Of a DNA stretch of 64,000 bases, positions 9,182 to 17,098 are shown piece by piece. A model generated the notes under the pieces. The model had not been told where the DNA came from. It saw only the letters and a list, made by a program, of their open reading frames with translations, and searched no databases. Position 1 is the first letter of the stretch. The number at the start of each line of letters is the position of its first letter. The DNA is from a virus (lineage: Duplodnaviria > Caudoviricetes): IMG/VR virus record IMGVR_UViG_3300025849_003344, one strand, 5' to 3'. A program made the position numbers and the translations under genes.

Positions 9182-9363
9182 TAATCGACCACATCCATTT
9201 CTAGAGGTTCATTTTCATCCTCAAAAGTTTTGAATTCTAGCTCCTTACGTGCCAACAAGTCCGTTAACATAGTCATTGCACTACGCTTCTCATCTGAAGC
9301 GCCTTCACTAATTCCAATAATAACACTCCGAAGTGTTTCAATATCTCTGATTAAACCAACCAT
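9181..9363 (-). CDS. Hypothetical protein
   Basis: Part of coupled small-ORF run. Confidence 0.55.
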   Translation of the reverse strand: MVGLIRDIETLRSVIIGISEGASDEKRSAMTMLTDLLARKELEFKTFEDENEPLEMDVVD

Positions 9364-9527
9364 TACGCACTCTCCTCAGTTAAACATAAATCTGTCCATT
9401 GTACTTCAGCGGTAAATTGTGCACCACTCATTTCACTCATATCCAAAAAACACATTTTATCAAATATGATTTTGGCATAAGCCTCATCACATTCTAAAAT
9501 TTTCATAATCAGCTGCAGATAAAACAT
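9363..9527 (-). CDS. Small early protein, paralog of 50886-51047
   Basis: Hand translation MFYLQLIMKILECDEAYAKIIFDKMCFLDMSEMSGAQFTAEV... Confidence 0.6.
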   Translation of the reverse strand: MFYLQLIMKILECDEAYAKIIFDKMCFLDMSEMSGAQFTAEVQWTDLCLTEESA

Positions 9528-9703
9528 CACATACCTCCTCTGCGCAATGCATTAAGAAAGCCATGCTGAAAAGAACTGTCTGCAGGATCATCCTCAAAAG
9601 ATTTAATCGCGGCGAATAAGTCGAAGTCCGGATGTTTCATTTCTTCGGTGGCCGCAGCTTGACCGCTTTGATAGTTATGAAAATTAGTTAAATCAGGTTT
9701 CAT
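9527..9703 (-). CDS. Hypothetical 58-aa protein
   Basis: Hand translation MKPDLTNFHNYQSGQ...LRRGGM; ATGA overlap. Confidence 0.55.
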   Translation of the reverse strand: MKPDLTNFHNYQSGQAAATEEMKHPDFDLFAAIKSFEDDPADSSFQHGFLNALRRGGM

Positions 9704-10047
9704 GCCGCCACCTCGATTTTTTCAAAACCAAAGTTACACACCATGAAGAATTCGCCGTTATCCATTTCAAGGATATCGCCAACTGATGTTGAATGATTAC
9801 GATCGCCAATAACTTCTACAATGTGTTGGTTGTTCCAAAGATTAGTATATTCAAATGCAAGATTTTTATCATCTGTGTGAACTTGGAATGCTTCTGAGTA
9901 GAAAGCAAAGTTTTCGGTTTTAAACTTAGATGCACCAAAGAATGATACGGCCAATTTAGCTGATTGAGCAGGAACTGCATCGTGACCTTCTGCATTGATA
10001 AGGTCTACTTGAGCTTCTGTCAATTGAATTTGGTGAATCTTGATCAT
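9700..10047 (-). CDS. YodL-like domain protein
   Basis: HSTSVGDILE...FFMVCNFGFEKI; early promoter at 10080-10108. Confidence 0.5.
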   Translation of the reverse strand: MIKIHQIQLTEAQVDLINAEGHDAVPAQSAKLAVSFFGASKFKTENFAFYSEAFQVHTDDKNLAFEYTNLWNNQHIVEVIGDRNHSTSVGDILEMDNGEFFMVCNFGFEKIEVAA

Positions 10048-10079
10048 CTTGTTTTCTCCTAATCACTGTTTCTGTAATT

Positions 10080-10108
10080 AGAATAATACATCTGGAATCA
10101 TATGTAAA
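10080..10108 (-). promoter_or_regulatory. Early promoter
   Basis: aaattaactgTTTACA-N17-TATTCT. Confidence 0.7.
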
Positions 10109-10119
10109 CAGTTAATTTG

Positions 10120-10485
10120 CTATTTTTTCACTTTTTTTTCTTTTACAGTGCCATCAGTTCTGCCAATCTGTTCAATTGGTCTATCTGGCCCGCATATTTT
10201 TCTACATGCCCGCGGTGCATATTCAAGACCTTCGTTTGCTCCTTTTACTACAGCATCAGAAAAAGCTAACCATTCATCTGTCAATAGAATATCTTCGATA
10301 GACTCATTATTTGAAAGTTTAAGCTCTTCGTTCAATAATGCGCTATATAGCGGATCTGGCGGTTTGTGCTCATAGTCAATGTGACAACACGGTATTAAAT
10401 ATCCGGTAGCAGTATGAGCAAATCCTTCTTTTTTCATAAGCAAGGATTTTTTAATGAGACACATAGGTTCAAATTCATTTACCAT
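10120..10485 (-). CDS. Stand-alone SPASM/twitch-like Fe-S domain
   Basis: C...TATGYLIPCC...ACRKICG; no CxxxCxxC. Confidence 0.7.
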   Translation of the reverse strand: MVNEFEPMCLIKKSLLMKKEGFAHTATGYLIPCCHIDYEHKPPDPLYSALLNEELKLSNNESIEDILLTDEWLAFSDAVVKGANEGLEYAPRACRKICGPDRPIEQIGRTDGTVKEKKVKK

Positions 10486-11213
10486 ATTTCTTCACTTCCG
10501 TCAGGATAATATACTTTATTTAACATTGGTATCGTAGATTGGAATTCTGTGTCTGGCCTGAATTCTTCGGACGGAAATCGGTTTGAATATACCACGTTAA
10601 ATATGACGCCGATATCACGTGCCATTTTTTTACAAGTTTCAATATCATGTTGGTTGTATTTGAATACAATGTATTTCCATATGATATTATTAGGATCCAT
10701 GTATTCTGTAGACATCTTCATCATATCAAAAAGCTTTTTGCCGTCTTGCCTTACACGATACTTGTGTGAATCTTCTGGTAGTCCGTCTATTCCAAAAAAC
10801 CACGAAATATTTTCATTAGTACATTCTTCATATATTTCTTTGTACCACTTTACTGGCTTATGTGATGCTGCTGTGTGTACTGAGGCACTTTTACCATACT
10901 CTATAACCTTGTGCAATATGCCTTTAAAATCTGGATGCATAGACGGGTCTGAAACTTGTCCACTAAAATCAAAATGGTCAAAATACTTAAGATACTTTTC
11001 AAAGTCTTTTATAGAAAGTGTCTCACCTAAAACTTTACCATATTTTTTCATATGCTGTAAGCGTCTGCAACATGGGCATTCTAACGTGCATTTATTAGAT
11101 ATATCCATGTTGATAGTACGAGAAAAGTTTACGTGCGGATTAGATCTTTCAAGAAAGTGGAGTAGTGTCTGGTTCATCACAAAAGGTCCTGCATGCAGAT
11201 GGAAGAGTTTCAT
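10479..11213 (-). CDS. Radical SAM core protein (no SPASM domain)
   Basis: CTLECPCC; SGQVSDP in place of the GGEP motif; FGIDG. Confidence 0.85.
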   Translation of the reverse strand: MKLFHLHAGPFVMNQTLLHFLERSNPHVNFSRTINMDISNKCTLECPCCRRLQHMKKYGKVLGETLSIKDFEKYLKYFDHFDFSGQVSDPSMHPDFKGILHKVIEYGKSASVHTAASHKPVKWYKEIYEECTNENISWFFGIDGLPEDSHKYRVRQDGKKLFDMMKMSTEYMDPNNIIWKYIVFKYNQHDIETCKKMARDIGVIFNVVYSNRFPSEEFRPDTEFQSTIPMLNKVYYPDGSEEIW

Positions 11214-11523
11214 AGCTTTCCCATGATTCAGGAAGATCTACGTTAAACCAATCAGAAGTCAATATTTCTTCAAGGGTGTGGCCATTCAAATTATACTTAT
11301 GCCTATTCTTTTTATACTTATTTAATACAGACCCATCCTTATCCCAGCCAGACCTGTTTGATGGATCTGATAGGTTTAAGAAATTGGTATTACCTAAATA
11401 GCAACACGGTAGTACCTGACCATCTGGGTTTACGAGTATTTTTTCTTCATTTAACCACTTGCACGTAATGCATGGTTTATTCTCTGTGAGATCTGTGTCC
11501 ATGGATTGTCCAATCTTTAGCAT
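11149..11523 (-). CDS. Stand-alone SPASM/twitch-like Fe-S domain
   Basis: C...VNPDGQVLPCCY...ACRTFC. Confidence 0.75.
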   Translation of the reverse strand: MLKIGQSMDTDLTENKPCITCKWLNEEKILVNPDGQVLPCCYLGNTNFLNLSDPSNRSGWDKDGSVLNKYKKNRHKYNLNGHTLEEILTSDWFNVDLPESWESYETLPSACRTFCDEPDTTPLS

Positions 11524-12277
11524 ACTTGCTTTTGTCAGTTTTATTATGTGTTGCCATCATATTCTTTGAAGCATTATCGATCCAAGGATTTTGAATTATG
11601 TGATTTAAGTCTTTAGTTATTTCTTCAAGAACTTCTTTTTCACCAAACTCATTAATAAACTCAAACCTATCATTGATCAAAAATCTATCAGACTTAATAA
11701 TATAGACTTCTTGGGCACCGTACATTCTACACATTTTTCTTATATCATAGACATAATCTTGATTGTGTTTGAATAGAATTATAAACGCTTTTGTATGAGC
11801 ACGTGTAATAGAAAGTGCTTCCATGTTGTTAAGCGTTATGTTTAAATCTACACCTTTCCTGTACTTCTGATGCATTTCGTTATCAACACCATCAATATCA
11901 AAATATACCGTCAGGCGCTCTTTACAATAGTTTCCAAGATCTTCCCACCAAGTTTCTGTTCGCATTCCACCGTTTGTATTCAAATGTATTTGAGCATCCG
12001 AGTTATCGATAATATATTTACATATTTTGCCAACATCTTTACTCATAATAGGATCACCCCAAGTTCCACAAATTTCAAACTGTGAAACAAAGTCTATTGA
12101 TCCTGGCGGAAACTTTCGTGTAAAGTCTTCTAACGACCATTTTATAAGTGGAAGCCATGGCATCTTACCAAGCCCGTTAGGATCAGTACGGTGACATTGT
12201 GGGCAAGCTGCATTACAATATGTAGAAAGGTCTAGCGCAATTCTAACTTGCTTATTTACTAAATCAGCAAATGACAT
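11477..12277 (-). CDS. Radical SAM core protein
   Basis: YCNAACPQC, GTWGDP, LNTNGG, FDIDG. Confidence 0.9.
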   Translation of the reverse strand: MSFADLVNKQVRIALDLSTYCNAACPQCHRTDPNGLGKMPWLPLIKWSLEDFTRKFPPGSIDFVSQFEICGTWGDPIMSKDVGKICKYIIDNSDAQIHLNTNGGMRTETWWEDLGNYCKERLTVYFDIDGVDNEMHQKYRKGVDLNITLNNMEALSITRAHTKAFIILFKHNQDYVYDIRKMCRMYGAQEVYIIKSDRFLINDRFEFINEFGEKEVLEEITKDLNHIIQNPWIDNASKNMMATHNKTDKSKYAKDWTIHGHRSHRE

Positions 12278-12876
12278 GATGTTAACGCCTCCAGATACTC
12301 TAATGTTTTTTCAGGCTCTTCAAAATACCTCATCTTGTCTTCGCGCGATTCAAATACTTTATGATTTGGGTAGGTATGTAGTTGTAGTCCGATAACTTCT
12401 TCAAAAGTAATCTTCTTATCATATTGCGTCATTTTTCCTAAAGTGCGAGCTTGCATTAGATGGTAAGCAGAAACAACCGTCACATATTCATACGGTACCT
12501 TTATATCGCCAAGATTGTTTAACACTTTATTTTTATCTCTATCATATGATACTGACCAATATTGGCCATAGCCATCAGTCTCTTGTTTATATTGCATTAT
12601 AAGATTTGACATTATGTGATCAACCATATCTTCTCTTGGGGCTAGTACATGTATTTCACACTCTTTAATAATATCCTGGTAGTGTACGATATAGCGCCCC
12701 AATTGTAAAAACATCACTTTAGCGATATAAGGGTTTATATTGCTTCTATCAATTGAGTTAATAGTTTCAAGCTTTTCACCGGCATCAATAAGATTGTGTT
12801 CTTGAGCCATAGCCCTTTGATAATATGTAGATGCAGTTCTTGGTACCGATACTATCAAAATATTTTTACGGGTCAT
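12259..12876 (-). CDS. Sulfotransferase-like P-loop protein
   Basis: ILIVSVPRTASTYY resembles the 5'-PSB loop; start moved to 12876 (ATGA overlap). Confidence 0.55.
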   Translation of the reverse strand: MTRKNILIVSVPRTASTYYQRAMAQEHNLIDAGEKLETINSIDRSNINPYIAKVMFLQLGRYIVHYQDIIKECEIHVLAPREDMVDHIMSNLIMQYKQETDGYGQYWSVSYDRDKNKVLNNLGDIKVPYEYVTVVSAYHLMQARTLGKMTQYDKKITFEEVIGLQLHTYPNHKVFESREDKMRYFEEPEKTLEYLEALTSCHLLI

Positions 12877-13922
12877 GGATGTAAATCGTCTGGTTTTGAT
12901 TCTGTATAAGAATCCATTAACCAATTTGCAATTTGATCTTCTACTAAATGTCGGAGTTTATTATATTCATTGAGCTTTTTTCGCCGAGCAGTCATAGTAG
13001 ATAACTTATCATAAATGACCTTAAGCTCATCCGTAGGCAGGTTCCATATCGATAGGTGCCTCGGATAAAGCACGGTATTAAACCAAAGCTTTACATCATG
13101 CTTATGACAAAAGTCTAAGAACGATGGCATCTCTTCCCAGTTATTACGCATAGGATTTACCATAACCGATATTTGTACATCCTTCTTCTTACAGTGATCC
13201 TTAAAGATTTCTAAGTTTTCCATAACTTTACTGAGATCGCCGTTAATACGAATTTTTGAATATGCCTCAGGAATTAAACTATCAATACTAATGTTGATTT
13301 GGATGTTACAGATATCTAATAGATGGCGTACTCGCTTATTCATCACAGTACCATTTGTAGCAATACTAATAGGAAGACCAGGATTGATTTCTGCTATGTC
13401 TTCGCAAATATCTAACACTAGTTTTTGAGCAAATGGTTCTCCGCCATTAAATCGAAGCTCTTTAAGATGCGGATAGTATTCCTTTAATTGCTCTCTAAAT
13501 GAATCATCATACGGTTCTAGCATTCCACGATGATCGCCCATACCGGCTTTCTTTGCAAGGCCATTACTTAATAGTGGTGAACACATTATACATTCGAGAT
13601 TACACTGGTTGCTTACCTCAAGCTCAATCATGCTTGGATAACCATTCTTATTCACAGGTAATTCGCCATATGCCTTTGCAAGAGGCCATACGTCATTATC
13701 CATTTCGTGCTTGCACTCTTTACATCTATCTAAGAATTTGTTTTGTAATAGCGCATCACGATACTTTTGAAAATGCTCACCATTCCATATATCATTTACA
13801 GATCGATCCTTAGACCACTTGTCACCAAATCCAGGAAGCTTCCAACACGGAGCAACTTCACCTTGGGTGTTAAAATACATATTATTAAATGGAGCATTAC
13901 ATGGGGAAAATTCACCGTACAT
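12873..13922 (-). CDS. Radical SAM protein with N-terminal SPASM/twitch domain
   Basis: N-terminal CNAP...GEVAPC...CKEC; core CNLECIMC, NGGEP, TNGT. Confidence 0.9.
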   Translation of the reverse strand: MYGEFSPCNAPFNNMYFNTQGEVAPCWKLPGFGDKWSKDRSVNDIWNGEHFQKYRDALLQNKFLDRCKECKHEMDNDVWPLAKAYGELPVNKNGYPSMIELEVSNQCNLECIMCSPLLSNGLAKKAGMGDHRGMLEPYDDSFREQLKEYYPHLKELRFNGGEPFAQKLVLDICEDIAEINPGLPISIATNGTVMNKRVRHLLDICNIQINISIDSLIPEAYSKIRINGDLSKVMENLEIFKDHCKKKDVQISVMVNPMRNNWEEMPSFLDFCHKHDVKLWFNTVLYPRHLSIWNLPTDELKVIYDKLSTMTARRKKLNEYNKLRHLVEDQIANWLMDSYTESKPDDLHP

Positions 13923-15024
13923 TATCTAATATCTCACTCCATTCAGGAAAAGCTTTTGCAAAATTATTGTCTCTCAGTTCATCATAGTATTTTATATGTG
14001 CTCGAAAGTGTTCGATCTTATTAACGCCTTCTAAGTTCATTCTATTAAGTATCAACTGAATTCGTTCGTCTTTATTATCTTTAAACTTCTTGTTTACGAT
14101 TGCTTTTACTTCAACCGGCAAATTAGTGATATTTAGATTCACCGGTTGTTCAACATATTGAATTGAAACCGGTGTGCCAAAATCATCAGCATATTCTAAA
14201 AACTCATCTATGTAGTATATATTGTACCAGTTCATAGTACAATTAAACATTACTTTATCCGGAAAATTGTTTATAAATTTTATAAAGTTTTTTTCTATAA
14301 CTTCAAAGTCTGAGCCTTCACGCTGATAGTTATTTCTTTCATAGATATCATCTAAACTTATTCTAATATCAAGCGACTTCAGTTTTTTTAGCTGAGAGAC
14401 AAACTTAGTATTCCAGTGAGTTCCGTTTGTGACCATTAAAGTTCTTATGTCATTAAGACCTTCTTCGTCTATGTAATCCATAATCTTTTTAATTTCTTGA
14501 TTTACAAATGGTTCGCCACCTGCAAATAGGATATAATCAGCTTGCTTCAGCCAATCGCGTATGATTGGCTCGTGATGTGTGCCGAGTATTTTATGAGCTA
14601 GATAATGTGCTCTCACGTCAGGCGTTTCGGTTTCTTTTGCAATTTGACTAGAATTGAATGATCCACACATACGGCATTTAAGGTTGCACACATTTGTAGT
14701 TTTAAATTCCCAAAATACAGGCGGAGTATCTAAAACGGCGGACTTGAATTTTTCGGGCAGTAACTTATCATCGGTCCAACGATTTATTACCTGCCTAAGA
14801 CTTTCAATACCTGATTCTTCGGCCTTCCAGCAATCATTACATTCTTTAGGTTTTTCACCATCTAAAAACCTTTGACGAAGATCTTGGAATTTTTCATTAT
14901 TCCAGCCTTCATCAATTCGCTCATCTTTCATATCCGATAATGATTTTGGATATCGACAGCATGGCAATAGCACGCCCCTGGGATCTATAGACAATTGTGT
15001 AAAAGGTGCACTGCAAAAGCTCAT
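13912..15024 (-). CDS. Radical SAM protein with N-terminal SPASM/twitch domain
   Basis: N-terminal CSAP...GVLLPCC...CNDC; core CNLKCRMC, AGGEP, TNGT. Confidence 0.9.
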   Translation of the reverse strand: MSFCSAPFTQLSIDPRGVLLPCCRYPKSLSDMKDERIDEGWNNEKFQDLRQRFLDGEKPKECNDCWKAEESGIESLRQVINRWTDDKLLPEKFKSAVLDTPPVFWEFKTTNVCNLKCRMCGSFNSSQIAKETETPDVRAHYLAHKILGTHHEPIIRDWLKQADYILFAGGEPFVNQEIKKIMDYIDEEGLNDIRTLMVTNGTHWNTKFVSQLKKLKSLDIRISLDDIYERNNYQREGSDFEVIEKNFIKFINNFPDKVMFNCTMNWYNIYYIDEFLEYADDFGTPVSIQYVEQPVNLNITNLPVEVKAIVNKKFKDNKDERIQLILNRMNLEGVNKIEHFRAHIKYYDELRDNNFAKAFPEWSEILDNVR

Positions 15025-15066
15025 AACAAATCCTTAATTAAATAGGCTATTAGATACAAAAGTATA

Positions 15067-15074
15067 TATAAATA
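15067..15074 (+). promoter_or_regulatory. Late promoter TATAAATA
   Basis: Exact motif upstream of 15146 ORF. Confidence 0.7.
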
Positions 15075-15145
15075 GTTTTGACTCATATTATTTTATATCA
15101 TTTCTTTGTGACTTGAAAGGGAGAAAATACAAGGTAATATAGTTC

Positions 15146-15628
15146 ATGATAGATCCGGTAACTGCAATTGGCTTGGCATCGGCTGCATACCGTGGCATCA
15201 AATCAGCCATACAAACAGGAAAAGAACTGCACGATATGGCCGGCCAACTTTCCCAATGGGCCGGCGCTATGAGCGACTTAGACTTTTCGCACAAGCAAGC
15301 TGAAAATCCACCAATGTTTAAGAAAATATTTGGAGCAAGTAAAATAGAAGCTAATGCTTTAGAAGTGTGGGGACATAAGCAAAAGGCAAAAGAATTGCGT
15401 GAAGATTTGCGCAGTCATATATCCTTATATTACGGACCATCGGCTTGGGATGAAATTGTACGCATTGAAGGTCAAATGCGGAAGAAACGTGCTGCAGAAG
15501 TTTATGCAGCCGAAGAACGCAAACAAATGATAATTGAATGGATAGTGGGCATTGTAATGGCAGTAGTATTATCTAGTGTATTAGGTGGCATCTTGTATTT
15601 GGTGGGTGCCGGAACAGGGAAATGGTAA
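15146..15628 (+). CDS. Hypothetical protein with C-terminal transmembrane helix
   Basis: MIDPVTAIGLASAA...; C-terminal WIVGIVMAVVLSSVLGGILYLV. Confidence 0.7.
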   Translation: MIDPVTAIGLASAAYRGIKSAIQTGKELHDMAGQLSQWAGAMSDLDFSHKQAENPPMFKKIFGASKIEANALEVWGHKQKAKELREDLRSHISLYYGPSAWDEIVRIEGQMRKKRAAEVYAAEERKQMIIEWIVGIVMAVVLSSVLGGILYLVGAGTGKW

Positions 15629-15629
15629 C

Positions 15630-15809
15630 ATGTGGTTATTAATATGGTTTGTGTTTATACCTGATCAAGGTATCAAATATTATCATTTAGATACTTTTAC
15701 ATCTGAGACGATGTGTAAGGTTGGAATGTCCCAGGCTGTGGTTTTGGCCTATGACAAAAAAGAAGTACTAGAGTGCATTTATATAAAGCCTACTAAAGAT
15801 AAGCTATAA
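15630..15809 (+). CDS. Small membrane/secreted protein with two Cys
   Basis: MWLLIWFVFIP...C...C; start moved to 15630. Confidence 0.55.
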   Translation: MWLLIWFVFIPDQGIKYYHLDTFTSETMCKVGMSQAVVLAYDKKEVLECIYIKPTKDKL

Positions 15810-16031
15810 ATTAAATTTTTTACATTTTGCAATGAAGGTAGTGCGCTTCAAGCCAAGGCGTTCACTTGCCTTGGTTTTATTCCAATCGTGATCTATTAAT
15901 GCTTTCTTGACTTTTTCGTAAATTATATCGTCAATCTCTTCATTTAGAGAGACAAATTCAGGCTCTGGCCAAATCTCATCGAATGTATCAAAAAATACCT
16001 CTTGTTCTATTTTTGTATCAGGTTCTAACAT
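15804..16031 (-). CDS. Fis-family HTH_8 DNA-binding protein
   Basis: KKALIDHDWNKTKASERLGLKRTTFIAKCKK. Confidence 0.8.
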   Translation of the reverse strand: MLEPDTKIEQEVFFDTFDEIWPEPEFVSLNEEIDDIIYEKVKKALIDHDWNKTKASERLGLKRTTFIAKCKKFNL

Positions 16032-16036
16032 GTGAT

Positions 16037-16075
16037 TATTTATACTGTCAAAAAGTGGACAGTTGGGTATAAATA
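16037..16075. promoter_or_regulatory. Back-to-back late promoters (minus 16037-16044, plus 16068-16075)
   Basis: Two TATAAATA motifs on opposite strands. Confidence 0.75.
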
Positions 16076-16105
16076 ATACCTGAGGGATATAAGGAAACTA
16101 GAAGT

Positions 16106-17098
16106 ATGCACAGATTTTTACTGATAGCCGCTTTTCTTGCGGCCGGGCCAGTCTATGGTCAAGTGGCTAATGATGCTGATGGTAATTATGATTCTACAAG
16201 TTATGTGAACACAGATAGCAATACGACTACTACGACCGATAGCACAGTAAATAGCACCAATACTAATAACAACACATCTGCTATTACGAGCACAAATACT
16301 AATACAAATAACAATAATAACACCTCGAATTCAACTTCGACTAATACTAATACTAACGCAAATACCAACACTAACACTAACACTAATACCAATAATACGA
16401 CAGTAAATTCTACTGGAAACAACACCAATACAAACACTAATACAAATACTAATACAAGTAATAACACAAATAATAACACAAATAATTCTACCGTAAACTC
16501 AACAAGTAATAACACAAACAATTCAACTGTAAATAGTACGTCCACCGTTGACCAGACGGTAAATTCAACTGCTACTAACACTAACACCAATACTAACACT
16601 AATAGTAACACAAATAATACCACAGTAAATTCTACTGGAAATAACACAAACACAAATCAGAACACATCCGATATTACTCAAACATTAAAGACTCCACCTC
16701 CATCGGCCATTGCGCCGACTGTTATGCTAGGCGGAAATGATACATGTACTGTTTCTTATTCAGCTGCAGTTCAAACTCAGATCTTAGGTGCTTCTGGTGG
16801 TGGTACAGTTCGTGACTTAAATTGTGAACGTCTTAAAAATGCCAAAACACTTTATAACATGGGCATGAAGGTAGCATCGGTTGCTTTGATGTGTCAAGAA
16901 AAATCAATATTTGAAGCTATGGAAATGGCCGGAACTCCATGTCCGTTCAAAGGTACTATTGGAACTGAAGCTCAAGCGTTGTGGGATAATGATCCTGCTC
17001 GGAAACCTGTGGCCCAAAGAGGAAATCAAGATAATGATGCAGTCAAGAAGATTCTTGCTGGTGTGTTATTTGTTGCTTTGTTGTCACTCGGCCTATAG
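16106..17098 (+). CDS. Exported Asn/Thr-rich protein with Cys-containing domain and C-terminal anchor
   Basis: Signal peptide, about 150 aa of TN repeats, PPPSAIAP...C...CERLK...MCQ...PCP, hydrophobic tail. Confidence 0.8.
   Translation: MHRFLLIAAFLAAGPVYGQVANDADGNYDSTSYVNTDSNTTTTTDSTVNSTNTNNNTSAITSTNTNTNNNNNTSNSTSTNTNTNANTNTNTNTNTNNTTVNSTGNNTNTNTNTNTNTSNNTNNNTNNSTVNSTSNNTNNSTVNSTSTVDQTVNSTATNTNTNTNTNSNTNNTTVNSTGNNTNTNQNTSDITQTLKTPPPSAIAPTVMLGGNDTCTVSYSAAVQTQILGASGGGTVRDLNCERLKNAKTLYNMGMKVASVALMCQEKSIFEAMEMAGTPCPFKGTIGTEAQALWDNDPARKPVAQRGNQDNDAVKKILAGVLFVALLSLGL

Noticed and set aside
10549-11226. 225-aa plus-strand ORF
   Set aside because: Antisense to a radical SAM gene with clear motifs.
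10120-15024. 7-deazaguanine (QueE) or molybdopterin (MoaA) pathway
   Set aside because: No folE, queD, queC, dpdA or moaC in the window, and the QueE Cx14CxxC spacing is absent; partners outside the window cannot be excluded.
16201-16653. 150-aa Val/Leu-rich ORF on the minus strand
   Set aside because: Antisense shadow of the Thr/Asn codon repeats of 16106-17098.
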